This document shows positions 15,001 to 30,000 of a stretch of DNA of 64,000 nucleotides, one piece after another (position 1 is the stretch's first letter; the number at the start of each line of letters is the position of its first letter). The position numbers were made by a program, and so were the translations under genes. The notes beneath the pieces are model-generated. The model worked only from the letters and a program-made list of their open reading frames with translations, was not told where the DNA came from and did no database searches. Source of the stretch: an uncultured Thiomicrospira sp. (lineage in GTDB: Bacteria; Pseudomonadota; Gammaproteobacteria; CAKMZV01); NCBI GenBank assembly GCA_965195345.1, contig OZ239628.1, forward strand, positions 288,001 to 352,000, written 5' to 3'.

Positions 15001-18000
15001 ATTAACGTTTCGACAACAGGGGTGAATTTTTCTGAATTTGTGAAGACGGTTACAGTAAGCGATGTATTGCTCAGCTTTACTTCGTTGAGTTGGCAGACGA
15101 CACAGACGATTACGCTCACGGGTCAAGATAATGATTTTGATGATGGTACCCAGACGGTATCGGTTAGTTTTGCTTCAACGGTTGTATCGGGTGCGGACAC
15201 GAATACGCAATCGCATTGGGCGGGCGCACAGAGTCAGTTATCGACGGTAGCGGTTACGATATTGGACGATGATACAGCGAGTGTAGTAGTGAGTGCTTTG
15301 AGCACAAACGTTTTGAGGGAGAGTGTGGCGAATGATTCATTGACCTTCACAATTCGCTTAGGTAGTAGACCGTTTGATCCAGTAACTGTTGATGTTGGGT
15401 TATTGAATGAACTCGTTGGTGGTTTGGTTGATTCGACACTTAGTGCCACGCGTTTAAGCTTTAGTACGGGTACATCAAGTTGGCAGACGTTACAAACGGT
15501 TACGGTTACGGTATTGGATGATGATTTTGATGATGGTACACGCAATACAACGTTGACAATATCTTCTGTATCATCTAATGACCCTGCTTACAACGCATTA
15601 GCGGATCAAACACGCGTCTATCAAACCCTTGATGATGACACGCGTGGTTTGTCTGTTAACCCGTTGAACTCGACGGTAACAGAAGGGGGTGCGACTTCGA
15701 CGTTTGAAGTACGCTTGACAAGTCGTCCGTTTGGTTCAGTGGTTGATGTATCTTTTAGCAGTGTACATAGTTTTGTTTTTGGTACGGATGTTCCGAATCA
15801 ATCGTTCTTGAGTACGAGTAATATTCAATTTGGTACAAACACTAGTGATTGGCAGACGCCGCAGACAATTACGGTTACGGCGTTTGATGATTTTGTTGAT
15901 GATGGTACGCAGACATCGACATATACTTTGAATGTATCGGGTGGTGATTATGGTCCGAGTGAGAATGCGACGTTAACGGTTTTAGCGTTGGATGATGATA
16001 CGGCAGGATTTGTGGTGGCGCCGTTATTCACGACACTCACGGAAGCGAGTGGTGCAAGTCAGACTGATGAGATAGAGATCAGAGCCCAATCACAACCAAC
16101 AGGTACGATAACGTTATTGGTTAATACGACGAGCAGTGATGGTTCGGATCAGCTAACGTTATCGAATTCGAGTGCTTCATCGAACAGCAGTATTCTTTTG
16201 GAGTTTACTTCACAGAGTTGGAATACGTCGTTGCGATTGACGATTACGGCGATAGATGAGTTGATCAATGACGATGGTGCGCATACAACGATAAGTTTGA
16301 GTGTGGATACTACAGGCGTTATTAGTGGTTACAGTGCTGCAACGTCATTGGATTCGGTGCGTGTTGCCATTATTGATAATGAGAGTCCTGGTTTTCAAGT
16401 GAGCCCTAGTTCAGTTACTGTTAGTGAGGACGGTGTTTCTTCCACTTTTGGTGTTTCGCTCACTGCTGGATTAGGCGCAGGTGGTTCAATTGTTTTAATT
16501 CCTTCCCCCGAGATGTTTGGTCTATCGACACAAGAATTGACCTTTAATCCATCGTCATTGACGTTTACTAATGCAGATGGTTTAGCAACGTTGACGATGA
16601 CGGTTTTTGCGGTGGATGATTTTATTGCTGAGGATACAGAAACGATAGCTGTTCCGTTCACAGCCACGAGTACGAATACTACTGGACAGGCTTATATAGC
16701 GGATGCAGACTTTACATTCTCGACGTTGAGCGTAAATGTTATAGACAACGACACGGCTGGGATTAGCGTGAGCCCATTGGCAGTAACAGTTTTGGAAGCT
16801 GGAGGGACGGCTACGATAGCGGTTCGATTGGATGCTCAGCCTGAAAGTACGGTTGTGATTAATGTCTCAACGAGTGCAATTAGTCCATTAGCATTTACAG
16901 GAGGTGTTAATTTCTCACGTACACAGATATTTTTCTCCCCTCATCCAAGCACAGCGTGGATGGATACTCAAACATTAACGGTCACAGCGATTAATGATGA
17001 CTTTGATGATGATACACAGACGTTAACGGTTAGTTTTGCTTCAACGGTTGTATCGGGGGCGGATTTGAATACGCAATCGCATTGGGCGGGCGCACAGAGT
17101 CAGTTATCGACGGCATTGATTACAATATTGGATGATGATGTGGCTTTTGTTTCGTTGAGTACAACGGATCTGGGGATTATTTATGAACAAGCTGCAGGCG
17201 GAATTACGCAGACCACTTTTGAAGTGTCGCTGTCAACGATACCTATAGCGGATGTTGAAGTTTCATTTGCACAAGTTTTTTCTGCGCCAAGTACGGAGTT
17301 GTTGAACATACCATCAATTACATTTCCAGCTTTCATTTCAGGGGCATTTAGTTCCCAAACGATCACGGTGAGAGCGTTTCATGACATGGAGGATGATGAC
17401 ACGCAAGTAGTCAGTATATTGCTGAATGCTTCAGGTACGAATTCCTATAGTACAGCACTTGAAATTGACACGGTTACGGTTACAGTTATAGATTTAGATG
17501 TTCGAGGGGTAACTGCTACTCCGACCACTTTGACGGTTAGTGAGGATGGACTTGAAGGAGGTTTTGCGAGCACTGCTTTATTCACCGTTGTTTTGGATTC
17601 AAGACCGTTCTTTGCGACAGGTGTTGCTCAAACCGTTGTGCTTAATTCAACGTTGGTAAGTTCATTCATTGGAGCAAGTGCGGCTACATCGCAACAAATA
17701 ACCTTTTCACCAAGAACGTTAGTATTCAATCGCAGCAATTGGGATATTGCTCAACAAGTATTGGTTACAGCGGTGGATAACGTTATTGATGAAGGGACTC
17801 AGCAATCGACGATAACGTTGGGCGCATCAGGAGGCGATTATTTGTCAGGAGTAAATGAAGATGAAGTGGTTGTTACTGTTTTAGATGAGGATGAGGCGGG
17901 CGTGCTGGTTGTTCCAACTTCTCTAACGGTAACCGAAGATCAAACAATTAGCCCTTCAGCGGTATTTTTAGTTCGTTTATTGACGCAGCCAAACGCTCTG

Positions 18001-21000
18001 GTATCAGTGGGTGTTTTCTCAACGATCAACACGACTTCTCCAGATACTGGTCAGGTTTTTGGTGTACCCCAAATCACTTTAGAAACATCAAGTCAAGCTA
18101 TTAGTAGTGAGAGTGTGACGTTAGATTTTACTGCATTGAATTATTTTGTTACTCAAACGGTCACGGTACGAGCAATTGATGATAGTTTGAATGATGAGAC
18201 ACAAATAACGACGGTTGCGTTGAGCATCGTGAGCACACCAAATTCTGGCTATAATTCAGCATTGGAGATTAGTTCAGTACGCGTTACGGTGCTTGATGAT
18301 GAAAATGCTGGATTTGTTTTTTCCACTCAAACGCTTAGTTTAATCGAAGGGGAGAGTGATTCAATCAGAGTGCGTTTGCGTTCTCAACCTACGCAGGATG
18401 TCCAATTGAACGCGCGTTATACGCTAAACGGTTTAACGACGAGTGAGTTGACGTTTACTCCAGACACATTAATCTTTACCAGTGTGACTTGGGATATTGA
18501 ACAAAACGTCATCGTTTTGGCGGTTGATGATTTTGTTGATGAGGATGAAGAGGTGGTGCAGGGAAGTTTTAACGCGATATCATCGGATACAAGCTACATC
18601 AACAGCAGTGATTTTTTAGGAGATACATTAACTCTAACGATAACGGATAACGATACTGCAGGAATAACATTTACGACGGATCAGTTGGTTATTGGGGAGG
18701 TCTCGAGCATCCTAAGTACGGTTGCAATGTTTGGTATTCGTCTTGATGCGCAACCAGAAAGCACGGTAGTGCTAACGTTGAGTACGCGTGTTCTGAGTGT
18801 GAGTCCTGGTTTTTCAACGAGTCAAATAGGTTCTTCTTTTGATATAAGTACGTTGAGGCTTACGTACGCACCATTTCCATCGACGAGTTGGCAAACGACG
18901 CAAATTGTAACGTTGAATGCGATTGATGATTTTTACGATGATGACACACAGACCTTTACACTGAGTGCTCAAAGCACCGTTTTATTGACGGCGGATACGA
19001 ACACGAGGAATCATTGGAGCGGTTCAAATGCGCAGTTTGCAAGTTTGGACGTTGTCGTTGTTGATGAGGATGTGGCTGGAATAATTGCACGTGTGGTTGG
19101 AGCGCCTTTATCGGTTTCAGAAGAAGGTGAGAGCACGCAAGTTATCGAGGTTCGTTTGAGCGCTCAACCGTTTGAAGAAGTTCCAATATTGAGCGATACT
19201 TCGATTAATTACACTATTTTGTCGAACGGGCGCACGAGTGAGGTAATCTTAATCAACTCGACGTTCTCCTTTAATACCTTAGTTTCAGGAATAGGGTCAT
19301 GGCAAAGCACGCAGTCCTTCGTGGCGCAGGGTGTAGAGGATTTTGTTGACGATGATACGCAAACGTTTGTTCTGTCTATCCGTACAACGAACACGATTGA
19401 TCCGAAATATCAATTTGTTGATGAGCAGAGCACTTTAGGACTTAGTATTGATAATGATGTCGCTGAGTTATTATTGTCTGCGAATAGCACTCCGTTAACG
19501 GTCATTGATGCTTTATTTGATCCCAATAATGGGGCAACGTTTAGCACGTTCTCAGTGCGTTTGGCTACGGAACCTGTTAATGATGTCACGCTTTTAGCAT
19601 TTTCTACGAGTGCAACATTGGGAGTTATCGATTCGGCGATGAGAACGTTGAGCTTTACAAGTTTGAATTGGGACAGAGCACAGGTAGTGACGTTGCAAGG
19701 TGTTCCTGATATTCCTCCGAGTACGGATCCTACGCAAAGTTTTACGGTTCGAGTTGAAGTGAGCTCACTAACGGTGGATTTGGCTTACAGCTCTCCTACA
19801 CGTGTTCAGGCAGAAGAGATTGATGCGATTAATATCAATGATGATTTGCCAGGCTTTACGATTAGCCCGTTGCAATTGTCTTTGGTTGAGCGCAGTCAGA
19901 GCCAATCGACCGGTGTTTATCAGATTAGGACTAATACTGCGCCGAGCGGGAATGATGCTGTTTTGACCATACGAACGAGCACTCAAAATGCAGGGTTTAA
20001 TCCTGAGTTAACATTGAGTGATGGGACAACTCAGACAACTCAGACAACATTGGAATTGCGATTCACGGCGGGTGTTATTAGCACAATAGCGGTTACGGTA
20101 TCGGTTGTTGATGATCATGCATTGATCGGAGCAGATAGGCTTTTTGTGAATTTTCACTCTAGTACAGGTGGGAATGGTTTTTATATATTTGATGAGACAG
20201 AGTTGAGTGAAGTAAATATTTCAGTAGGCGATGATGAGACCATCGACGGTGTTAATGCCTTCATCACGAAAATAGCAGATGGTAATGAAGGGGTTAGTTC
20301 TCAAGCTGGGGCAAATGTAGTTATAGGTGATGAAGAGCCGGTTGAATTCAGGACGGGTTTGAGGAACATAAATACGGATCAGATTGTTACGAATCGTACA
20401 GGAGGGGTGATTGTTTTTGATACGACTATCACAGGCGGACGGGTTGCATTGGGTGGTTCTTCTGCGACGGGCTCAGCAGATATTGATATAGTGACGTTTG
20501 AGCATTCCATTATAGATGGCTCAACGAGTGTGCTCCAGACGTGGCCGACCTTGGAGGACCCTGCATTTGAGGGTTACCCTGATGAAGAAGCTATAGAAGT
20601 TGGTTTGATATTACGCACGACTACGTTGAGGATTTTCACGGCGAACGCTACGGCTACAGCGGATGTTATAGACAATGATAACTTCCAAGTGGGGCTTAGA
20701 ATTGTAAACACCGAAAACGGTGCTGAGTCTGAGTTAAATGATAGACCGGTAATATTTGAAGGCTCAATGTCTTTGGCGAACTATACGGGCTCGACGATTG
20801 TTTTGAGTGTGAACTATGTTGAAGTACCAGGGGGTGCAATTCCCCAATTTTCTCGAACGTCAGGGTTTGACTATTTCACGGAAACCAGCCCTCATATTTT
20901 GATTTTAGCGGGTCACACAACGGGTCAATTTCTTGTTGAGGTTTTTGACGATTTGATATTTGAAAATACGGAAGAGGTACAGGTTGAAATACTTAATCCT

Positions 21001-24000
21001 GATCCTAATAGCTCAGTGTTCGTGGTGATTGGAGGAGGCGCAATAGGGACGATTGAAGATAATGAAGACCTTCAAGTAGGTTTATCAGTGATCACGGGCA
21101 ATGAGAGCGCGGGCACAATGACATTTCGAGTGTTTTTAAATAGAGAAAATAATACAGGCAGTACGCTTAATTTTGATGTTTTTAGCACGCAGGCGGTGGG
21201 ATTTGCATTGAGCACTTCAAGAAGAGCGACTTTTAATACAGACTATTCTTTTGGAGGATTAAGCGCTCAGAGGGCATCGGTTGCAGTGAATGCCTTGGAT
21301 ACCACTGGTCCAATAACGCTTATTGACGATGATTTGCTTGAGGGTACGGAAAGTTTTTATCTTTCGCTTTCTCTTGATCCCGTAGGCTTGGATCCTAACA
21401 TTGTAAGTAGGATTATTGTTAGTACAACGCCGGTGGAAGGTTTCATCGTTGATGACGAGGCATCGCGTGTACGATTGCGATTGTATGCTGAGTCAATTGG
21501 CGTTGAGGGTGTGGGTACGATAGGTGCTGTAGGGGGTACAGCGGTACGATTTATTGCGGTAATTGAAGATACGCTAGATGCTACAACTATTACGAATGCG
21601 ACTGGAGAGACTATTGAATTGAATGCTCTCGCTATCTCCACTTCTCAAGCGATATTAGGATTAGACTACACAACCCAAGCAATATTAATAGCGAGTGGAA
21701 CAGGTTTTGTAGAGGTTAGATATCCCGTTTTAAATGATGATCTGTTTGAGCACGATGAAACACTAGGGATAGAGATTCGCTCGGTTACTTCGCCGTTTTC
21801 TGATATTCAAGAAGCTTTTGGCTCTGGAGGGAATATAGCACCCGCCTCGCGTCCAAGTATAGATACATTGATTGATGATGCCCAAGATGAACCTGGTAGT
21901 ATAGAAATTCATCTAAGTGCGACGCCCCTTTCTATCAATGAGGGTCCTCTAGGAGGTTCAGGCGGCGCATTTAGTGTTGATGTGCGATTATTCAGAGTCG
22001 GTAATTCGACCACTAGTATTATCAATTCTGGGCACGCACCAGAAGTTATTCCGCTTATTATTTCAGGCACAGCGCAGCAAGGCACGGATTATAGGTTTGG
22101 TGTTCCTACAACGACTCTCATGATCGTACCAGGTTCGGATCGAGGGGTGGTTGATATTGAAGTTCTTGGTGATAATTTGGCAGAGGGTTTAATCCCTGAA
22201 ACAATAGTATTACGTGCGGTAGAGGGTTTTTATGCTGGAGTGCGTGATGATGCTTTGACATTAGCTGATTCTGGAGCGTCGACACTGGTATTGGAAATTG
22301 TTGATGATGATTCGAATATCATAGCTTCGATAGAGAGCTTAGATCCAAACGTTAGCGAAGGCAGTTCAATGAGGATAAGTGTTAACTTGGATTTTGCGGT
22401 TCAAGGAACAACTGTTACAGTAACGCTGGGCTATCCTACGGGTCCATTAGGTGGCTCAGCGGTTCCAGGCATTGACTTTTCGAGCGCAACGACTGCTGTG
22501 GTCTTCCCACAAGAGGTGCGTACGGTTATCGTTGAGATACCGGTCTATATAGATAATTTGTTTGAAACGACAGAGCAAGCAGTTATAAGCATATTATCAA
22601 CGACGGACTCAGAAGGCGTGCTTAATGTTACTACGGATACGGCGCGTTCAGAGTTGGCTGTTAATATCATTGATGCCGAACAGAGCGATGTTGCATTGGA
22701 GATTAGAGTTGAGGATGGATTTGAAAATCAGTCAGGGAGCAGTACGCCGATTCAGATTTTTGCGACACTCAGGCGCATAAGTACCAATGCATTGATTCGC
22801 ACGGAAGGTGCGCTTGCAATTTCTTTGGGAATCACATCGACTAATAATCGCGTAACGACAGCGGAGCCGGGTGTCGATTTTGATGGTTCTTTTCTTAACA
22901 GACAACGTCAGATAGAGATTCTATCGAACACGTCAAGCGCATCGTTGAGTATAAACGTTATTAACGATAATTTATTTGAGAACAATGAATCAATATTTTT
23001 CACGACTACGCAGTTCATGCGTATATCAGATCGACTAAATCTATTGAATATAATTCCGGTTACAACGGATATACGGGCGATTATTTTTGATGATATTGCT
23101 CCTGGAAGTATTGTTTCAACGCTGACGATTTTGACGGATGGGTTTGAGAGTTCAAGTGCTACGTTATCGCGAGATGTGATTGCAAGAATAACGATAGATG
23201 AGACGAATAATACAGGGGCACCTATATTATTTTTCTTAGATAGCATAAATTCAGATGCGGTGGGGGCAACGCAAGCTGGTCCTGGAGTAGACTATGTTTT
23301 CCCGAGTAGCGTTGGAATAAGCACAGGAAGTGATTTTGTTGAATTTAGCTTAATAGTGCTTGATGATTCGTTGTTTGAATCGACTGAGACGTTAGAGATA
23401 CGGATTTCCAGTGCAAATAACACTGCGATATTGGTGGATCAAACGATAGTTACGGGTCTGATTGGGGATGATGAATTTTATGCAGGCTTGCAAGCGGGAA
23501 TAGTGGTTAGTTCATCAAGCTTGGTTTTGGATGAGAGCAGCTCGTCAACGCCTGTTGTACTAACGTTACTCCTCTCCTCTACAAACAACACAAATGCCTC
23601 AATTACGATGAGCGTCATTACATCGGGCAGCGCTATTGCAGGGTTGGATTATCAAGCGATGAGTGCCTTTGTTGTTGGAGTGGGTTCGCGTACAGGAGAC
23701 CTATCGTTTTTTGGGATTGATGATGGATTTTTAGAGACCACGGAAACGATAGAGGTGTCGCTGGGGCAATCGAATATCGCTACGGTAGTGCCGGTATCAA
23801 GCACGTCGAGCTTAGGCACATCAAGTGTTCGTATTTTGGTAGTGGACGATGAGGCGGCCCGAGGTATTTATATTGGCACTAGAAATGCGCAATTGATAGG
23901 AGAGGAAGGCTCCAGTACGCGCCAAATAGGATTCGATGTTGTTTTGCTTAGCACGAATGTTGGCAGCGTGCCAGTGTTAAGAAATAATACATCGAGTGAT

Positions 24001-27000
24001 TTAACTTTCTCGATTAGGGCAGCATTTTCTGATCCATCACATGCAATACAAGGACTTGATTATTTGATTCAAGGGGGCAATTTGGCCAATACTGAAGTGG
24101 TAATCGCTCAAGGTTCGACTTCTGTAAGGGTTGCTATTGCGGTCATTGATGATTCGTTACTCGAAACGCGAATTGAGACGAGCACATTAATTGTTCGTGG
24201 CTCCTCGAGGCAGGACTTTATCAGGAACGCTTTGTCAGGGCATGCGGTTGATATAGAGATTATTGACAATGAATTTGGTCAGACGAGCGCACGCTTGTTG
24301 TCGGTTGCAGGAGTGGAAGGATCGAGCACGCGTCAAACGCAGTTTGTTGTTGAGCTGAATCAAGTGTCCGGCCTTAGTGAGGCGTTAGAGGTAGAAATTT
24401 CATTAAGCGAGATAACTGCGACTGAAGGATTGGATTATTCTACGAATCGAATTAGTGCACAGATATTGAGGGGCTCTAATCGAGGGGTTGCCCAAGTACC
24501 TGTTTTGAGTGATTCATTGCTTGAGAATACGGAGAGTTTGCTTGGCACAGCGATTTATGATGCACAATCAAATAATCAAATTCCAATAACTTTTGAGAAC
24601 ACAACAGCTCAGGTTGATATTCTGGATGCTGAGTCCTTGAATGGAGTAAGCGTTATTATTGAACAAACGACGACAGGGGTTGAGGGTATTAATGGAAACG
24701 CGGCGGTTGCTCGAGTATCCTTGGCGCAAGGGGTAGTTAATGGCTTGAATACATCGTTAAGTCTAACGGTTCAAGCGCAATCGGGAACGGGAACAGCGAC
24801 GTTGAGTGGTTTTAACCAAGACTTTGAAAGCTCTGCTTTAGGTGCAAATAGCGCTATTATTGGTCCAAATCTCTCAGGCGTTGATTTACGGATACCGATA
24901 CGAGACGATCAGTTGCTTGAGGGGGATGAGTTTTTTGTATTGGTTGCCAATAGCCCGAGTAATCCGGCATTGCGCACGAGTACATCGAGTGCTGTTATTT
25001 GGATTATAGATGATGAGAGTTTTCCTGGAGCAGTGTCTGCCCAATTTGCAGTAGGAGCAAATGGTATAGAGGGTACTCAAGCGATCGAATTTGTGCTTAA
25101 TTTAAGTCGAGTTAATGGTCGTTCTGAGCCGATTGTTTTTGGATTGACAGCAGTTGGTGGCAGTGCTAATGTCGGTGCATTGAGAGATCTTGAAATTTCA
25201 CCAACGAATACGTCGCAACAGATTATGATTCCTCCTAATAGGGCGTTTGCTCAGGTGAGCATTCCGATAAATCAAGATGACCTATTAGAGGGTACTGAGA
25301 CGGTACAAGTCCGAATAGATGTTTTGGATCCTCCACTTTTCGTATCGAATGGGACGTTTGCATACGTTTCGAACGTAAACATAGTGCAAGCAACGATTAG
25401 CGATGATGAGGTAAATCAGGATATACGCTTAGAAATTAGTTCAGTTACGCAAGGAGGCGAACCAAATACAACGATTAACGTTGTGGTTGATTTAATTCGA
25501 GGGATCACGGGTCTACCAATTGTAAATAATACAGGACAGGCAATAAACTTTAGTTTAGCAACAACGGGAACATCACTTGGAGGCTTGGAGCAGACCCCAA
25601 ATGTTGATTTTATAAACGACAATTTGTTTGGGTCAATTTTACCGGGCTCATCAAGTGGGGTTGTGCGCATAACTATTGCCAATGACTTTATTATTGAGAG
25701 CACAGAGACTATATTGATCACGCCCGAAGTTGTGCATCCTTTTGTACGCGCTGGAGCAAGCACCGAGACGATTATCATAGACGATGATTTCGGAAATTAT
25801 GTAGTGCGCTTTGCGCTGAGTGCTCCAATAGTAGAGGGTGCTGGTACGAGTAATCTTGTGGTTTCTTTGAGTCAAGCGGATCCAAATAGCACGCATGTAA
25901 TTACTTTACAACCGATTGGTGGAAGCGCATCATTAAATGATGATTTGATTTTGAGTACATTATCGGTGAGTTTAGCGCCAGGTCAAAGCAGTGGAGTGAT
26001 TGAAGTTAGAGCCCCAGATGATGGATTGCTTGAGGGGGTTGAGGAGTTTTCGTTCAGAATTAATGTGGATGAGACTGTTTTGACTTTACTATCGAATACA
26101 TTGACGCTAAGCATTCAGGACAATGATCCAATTATATTAAGCATTCGTGAAGGGCCGGATGTAAATGAATCGGGCTCCATCCCTGCACGTTTTGAGCTTT
26201 TCCTTCCTTCGACGAATAATACGGGTGCGGCGATTTCTGCGGAGCTTAGTTTTGAGGAAAGCATTGCTTTAGAGGGTATTGATTTTAATGTTTCAACGAC
26301 GCTTTACAGCATATTGCCTGGTGCATCGCGGGTATTCATCGATTTACCAATACTGGACGATGCGATCAATGAGATTGATGAGCCGATTGTTGCACGGATT
26401 ATCCGAATTACAAGCGAGCAAGGTTTATTGGGACGAAGTGTTGCAACGCTTAGGATATTAGATGATGATGAAGGTGCAAATACGTATTATGTTGTTAGTG
26501 ACGCGAATGGTTCGGAAAGTGGAGGAAACGGAGGATTTGGATTTCCTGCTGTAGGGCGATTATTATCTGCGGATCCAGTAGTTGGTGCACAAAGGCTTAA
26601 TCTGTTTTATTCAGGCAACGCAACGCCTGGATTGGATTATCAAGCGGTTGTTGCAGCGACACTTCCAAATGCAAGCACGGAAGTTATTTTCACGATACCG
26701 ATCATTGACGATTTCCTTTATGAAACGCAAGAGACGATCATTTTGAGGTTGGACTCGCCGCTTGCGCATCGCTCGACGACGTTACTAACGATTACAGATA
26801 ACGATGTGAACTCGGCGCAGTTACAAGTGCTTGATGGAATGGAAGGTTCAACGCCATTGACGGTGATAATTAATTTGGCCAAATTCAATAACACCCCTCG
26901 AGCAATTACCTATCTGGTGACGCTATCTGGTGACTCTTCACAAGGGGTACCTGCGGCAAGTGCGTCTGATTTTCTTGGAAGCATCACTTCTACGCTAAGC

Positions 27001-30000
27001 ATTGCCCAAGGCGCCAGTTCGGGTTCAGTGCAGTTTCCTGTTCTATTGGATTCACGATTTGAAATGGTTGAAGGGGTGCGAGTTAGCCTTCAGGCTATAA
27101 CGAATCCTGATATTTCATTCCCGATTAACACAACAACTAGCCGCATTTTTGATGCATTCAGTTCAACACTTGCCGTATCGATAACGGCGATAAGTAATGG
27201 GGAGGAATTTACATCGAAACCGATAGAGTATGTTGTGAGTGTGAATACGACGAATAATTCTGCATCAACAATTGGTGTAACGGTTCAAGTGAGTACAGCG
27301 AACTCAACCGCAGAAGAAGGGGCTGATTACATCTTAACGAGAAATGTGTTTATTGGAATAGGTGAGCGCACGGCAACGCTTAACGTTACTGTTATTAATG
27401 ATAATTTATTTGAAAGCACAGAGACGCTAACACTTGAGATTAGCTCGGTGGATGTTGCTTTTGCAGCTATAGATCAACCCCGATCAATAGCGACAGCAAG
27501 CATAATTGATGATGAAGAATTTAATGTTGGTATTGAGTTGATTAGTGGAGGTGCAGAGACGACGAGTGGCCAAACGAGTAGTCCAATTGTTTTACGGGTA
27601 AGGGATTTGAATGGATTACTTAATTACAGTGCAAATCCGATTGCGTTTGATGTTACGTATTTAGGTGTTGCGCAAGCTGGGGTGGATTACACTACAGCAT
27701 CGATAATCATTCCAAGAGCGGCAAATGGAGTTGATGTTACACTCAATGTGATTGATGATGGGTTGTTTGAGTCTTCAGAGTCTCTTGAAGTGGTAATTGC
27801 AGCTCGTACTGCAAATAACAGAGTACTTGTTAATGCGAATTCGGTTAATGCTACGATAGAGGACAATGATCTTGTAACAACGGCTTCGCTTAGGATTATT
27901 CAAAATGGCTCAGAAAATGGAGACGATTTAATCGGGGAGTTGGTTATTGCACGCGCCAATAATACGCAGAACGCACTGAACTTTGAGGCGAAGAACATTG
28001 TGCGCCCAGGAAATGCAAGTGCTGCTGACTTCAACCCGTCCACGACGATGATAGCGTTGAGTATACCAGTCGGATCCAGTACGGTAGGCTTTTCAATTGG
28101 AATTGAGGATGATTCGTTTTTTGAAACAACAGAGACAGTTGAATTTAACGTCTCGGTTTTGAACTTCCCAGGCATTGGAGTGATTACATCTGAGAGGGGC
28201 TTTATTGAAGATAATGATGATGCAATTTTCACGTTAACACTCATTCGCGATGCTCAAGAGCGGGATCAAATCTCGGCGATTTTGAGAGCAAGCATCGGAA
28301 ATATTAATCAAACAAGCGCCAACATTGAGATTATGTATGCAACCGATTTGGGTGCGCAGTTGGGTAATGCGAGTTTAGCGGATATAACGCAGACGACGAT
28401 TCGTTCGGTGATTGCGATAGGTCAATCTTTCCAAGACATATTGGTTACCCCAGTGGATGATGATTTGTTTGAATTGACTGAGATTTTCAATATTAGAGCG
28501 GTGGGCGCAAGCAATGCAGATGTAGCGTTGATGAGTAGCTCAATAGTTGTCTCAATTATTGATGATGATACAGCGACGTTCACATTGCGAACGGTGCAAG
28601 ATGGCAGTGAGTCTCAGGCCGGTTCTTCGATAGGCAATATTATTTTGGAATTGGCTTCTGATCGAGTGAATAATTCTTCGCAAACGGTTCGATTTGAAGT
28701 TGGCGTTGTTGGGGGAACTGCCTCGCATTCGAGTAGTGCGTTGGATTTTGATTTTTCCACTGCAACGTTGGAAATACGCAGTGGCGAAACGAGTCAATCT
28801 CTCGAAGTAGACGTTAGAAACGATGCTCTTTTTGAAACAACGGAGACGGTAGACTTTTCATTGGTGTCAGTTACTCCGATTGATCCTCTAATAGTGCATT
28901 CGAGCACGCCCACGATAGCATTGATTTCTGATGCAAATGCGCCAATTACAGCGGGATTAATACTTTCAGGTGCGTCAGAGAATCCGAATGTTGCTATCCA
29001 AGTTGGTGTGCAATTGCCTGAGATTAATAACACGGCATCAGCAATAGATTTTATGATTTCTTTTGCGAACTCTTCGGCAACCGCAGGGGTTGATTTCATT
29101 TCAAGCGATGTTATCACATTAAGCATTCCAACGGGCTCAAACAGTGTAACAACGAGCCTTGTGGTGATTGAAGATGGATTGCTTGAAGCCGATGAGATTG
29201 TGATTGCAGAGATAATTGCTATAAGCAATGGGGGAGTTTTAGGTATTAATACCACGCAATCGATTCTTATCGTAGATGCTGATATACGAAACGCTCAGTT
29301 GTCGTTGGATGGGATTACAGCGGGAAATGAGGAGGGACTTGTTCCTGCGGTGTTTAGATTGTCAATAAGTAGTACGAATCAAATAGGAACTGCTATTGTT
29401 TTTGATCTTGAAGTAAACTCGAGTGCATCAAGCGCAGAATTAGGTGCTGATTACACGTTTGCGCCAATGCAAGCTCGGATACTCAATGGCAGTAGTTTTG
29501 TGGACATAGTGTTGCCTATTTTGCAGGATACGCTCTATGAAAGTACCGAGTACATAAGCATAGGTATAAGCACGACAAATATAAGTCAATTAAATGTTCC
29601 AAGCACGTTTTCATCAGTTGCAATAATTGATAATGATACGACAACGATATCATTTACGAGCATTACTCCAGGTGCGGAGAATAATTCTTCACCGGCGACA
29701 ATTCCCATACGGATTTTTGTGGCATCGGCGAAGGTAAATAATACATCTATGGCACTGCAGTTTGAATTAGAGAATGTGGGGGGCAGTGCAACTGGAGTGG
29801 CTACTCAAACGTTCAACGCTGATTATCTCTCGAGCGATCTAATTATTAGTATTCCAGTTGGTTCGAGTACGGGGCTGCTTGAGGTTGAGGTATTCGATGA
29901 CAGTCTTTTTGAGACGACGGAAACGGTAGTGTTTGAAGTCTTAGATCCTGTTTTTATGGGCGGAATGTTTACGAGCACGGTGATCACTGCGCAAATAATA

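Noticed and set aside
5245-16860. Diversity-generating retroelement as the source of the position-1/2 variation
   Set aside because: No reverse transcriptase or non-coding template repeat in the window, and adenines inside variable codons stay fixed (cca/aca/caa/cta). A remote DGR cannot be fully excluded.
1459-17113. CRISPR array or non-coding satellite
   Set aside because: Units are 285 and ~1857 bp, multiples of three, in frame, with no repeat-spacer structure or cas genes.
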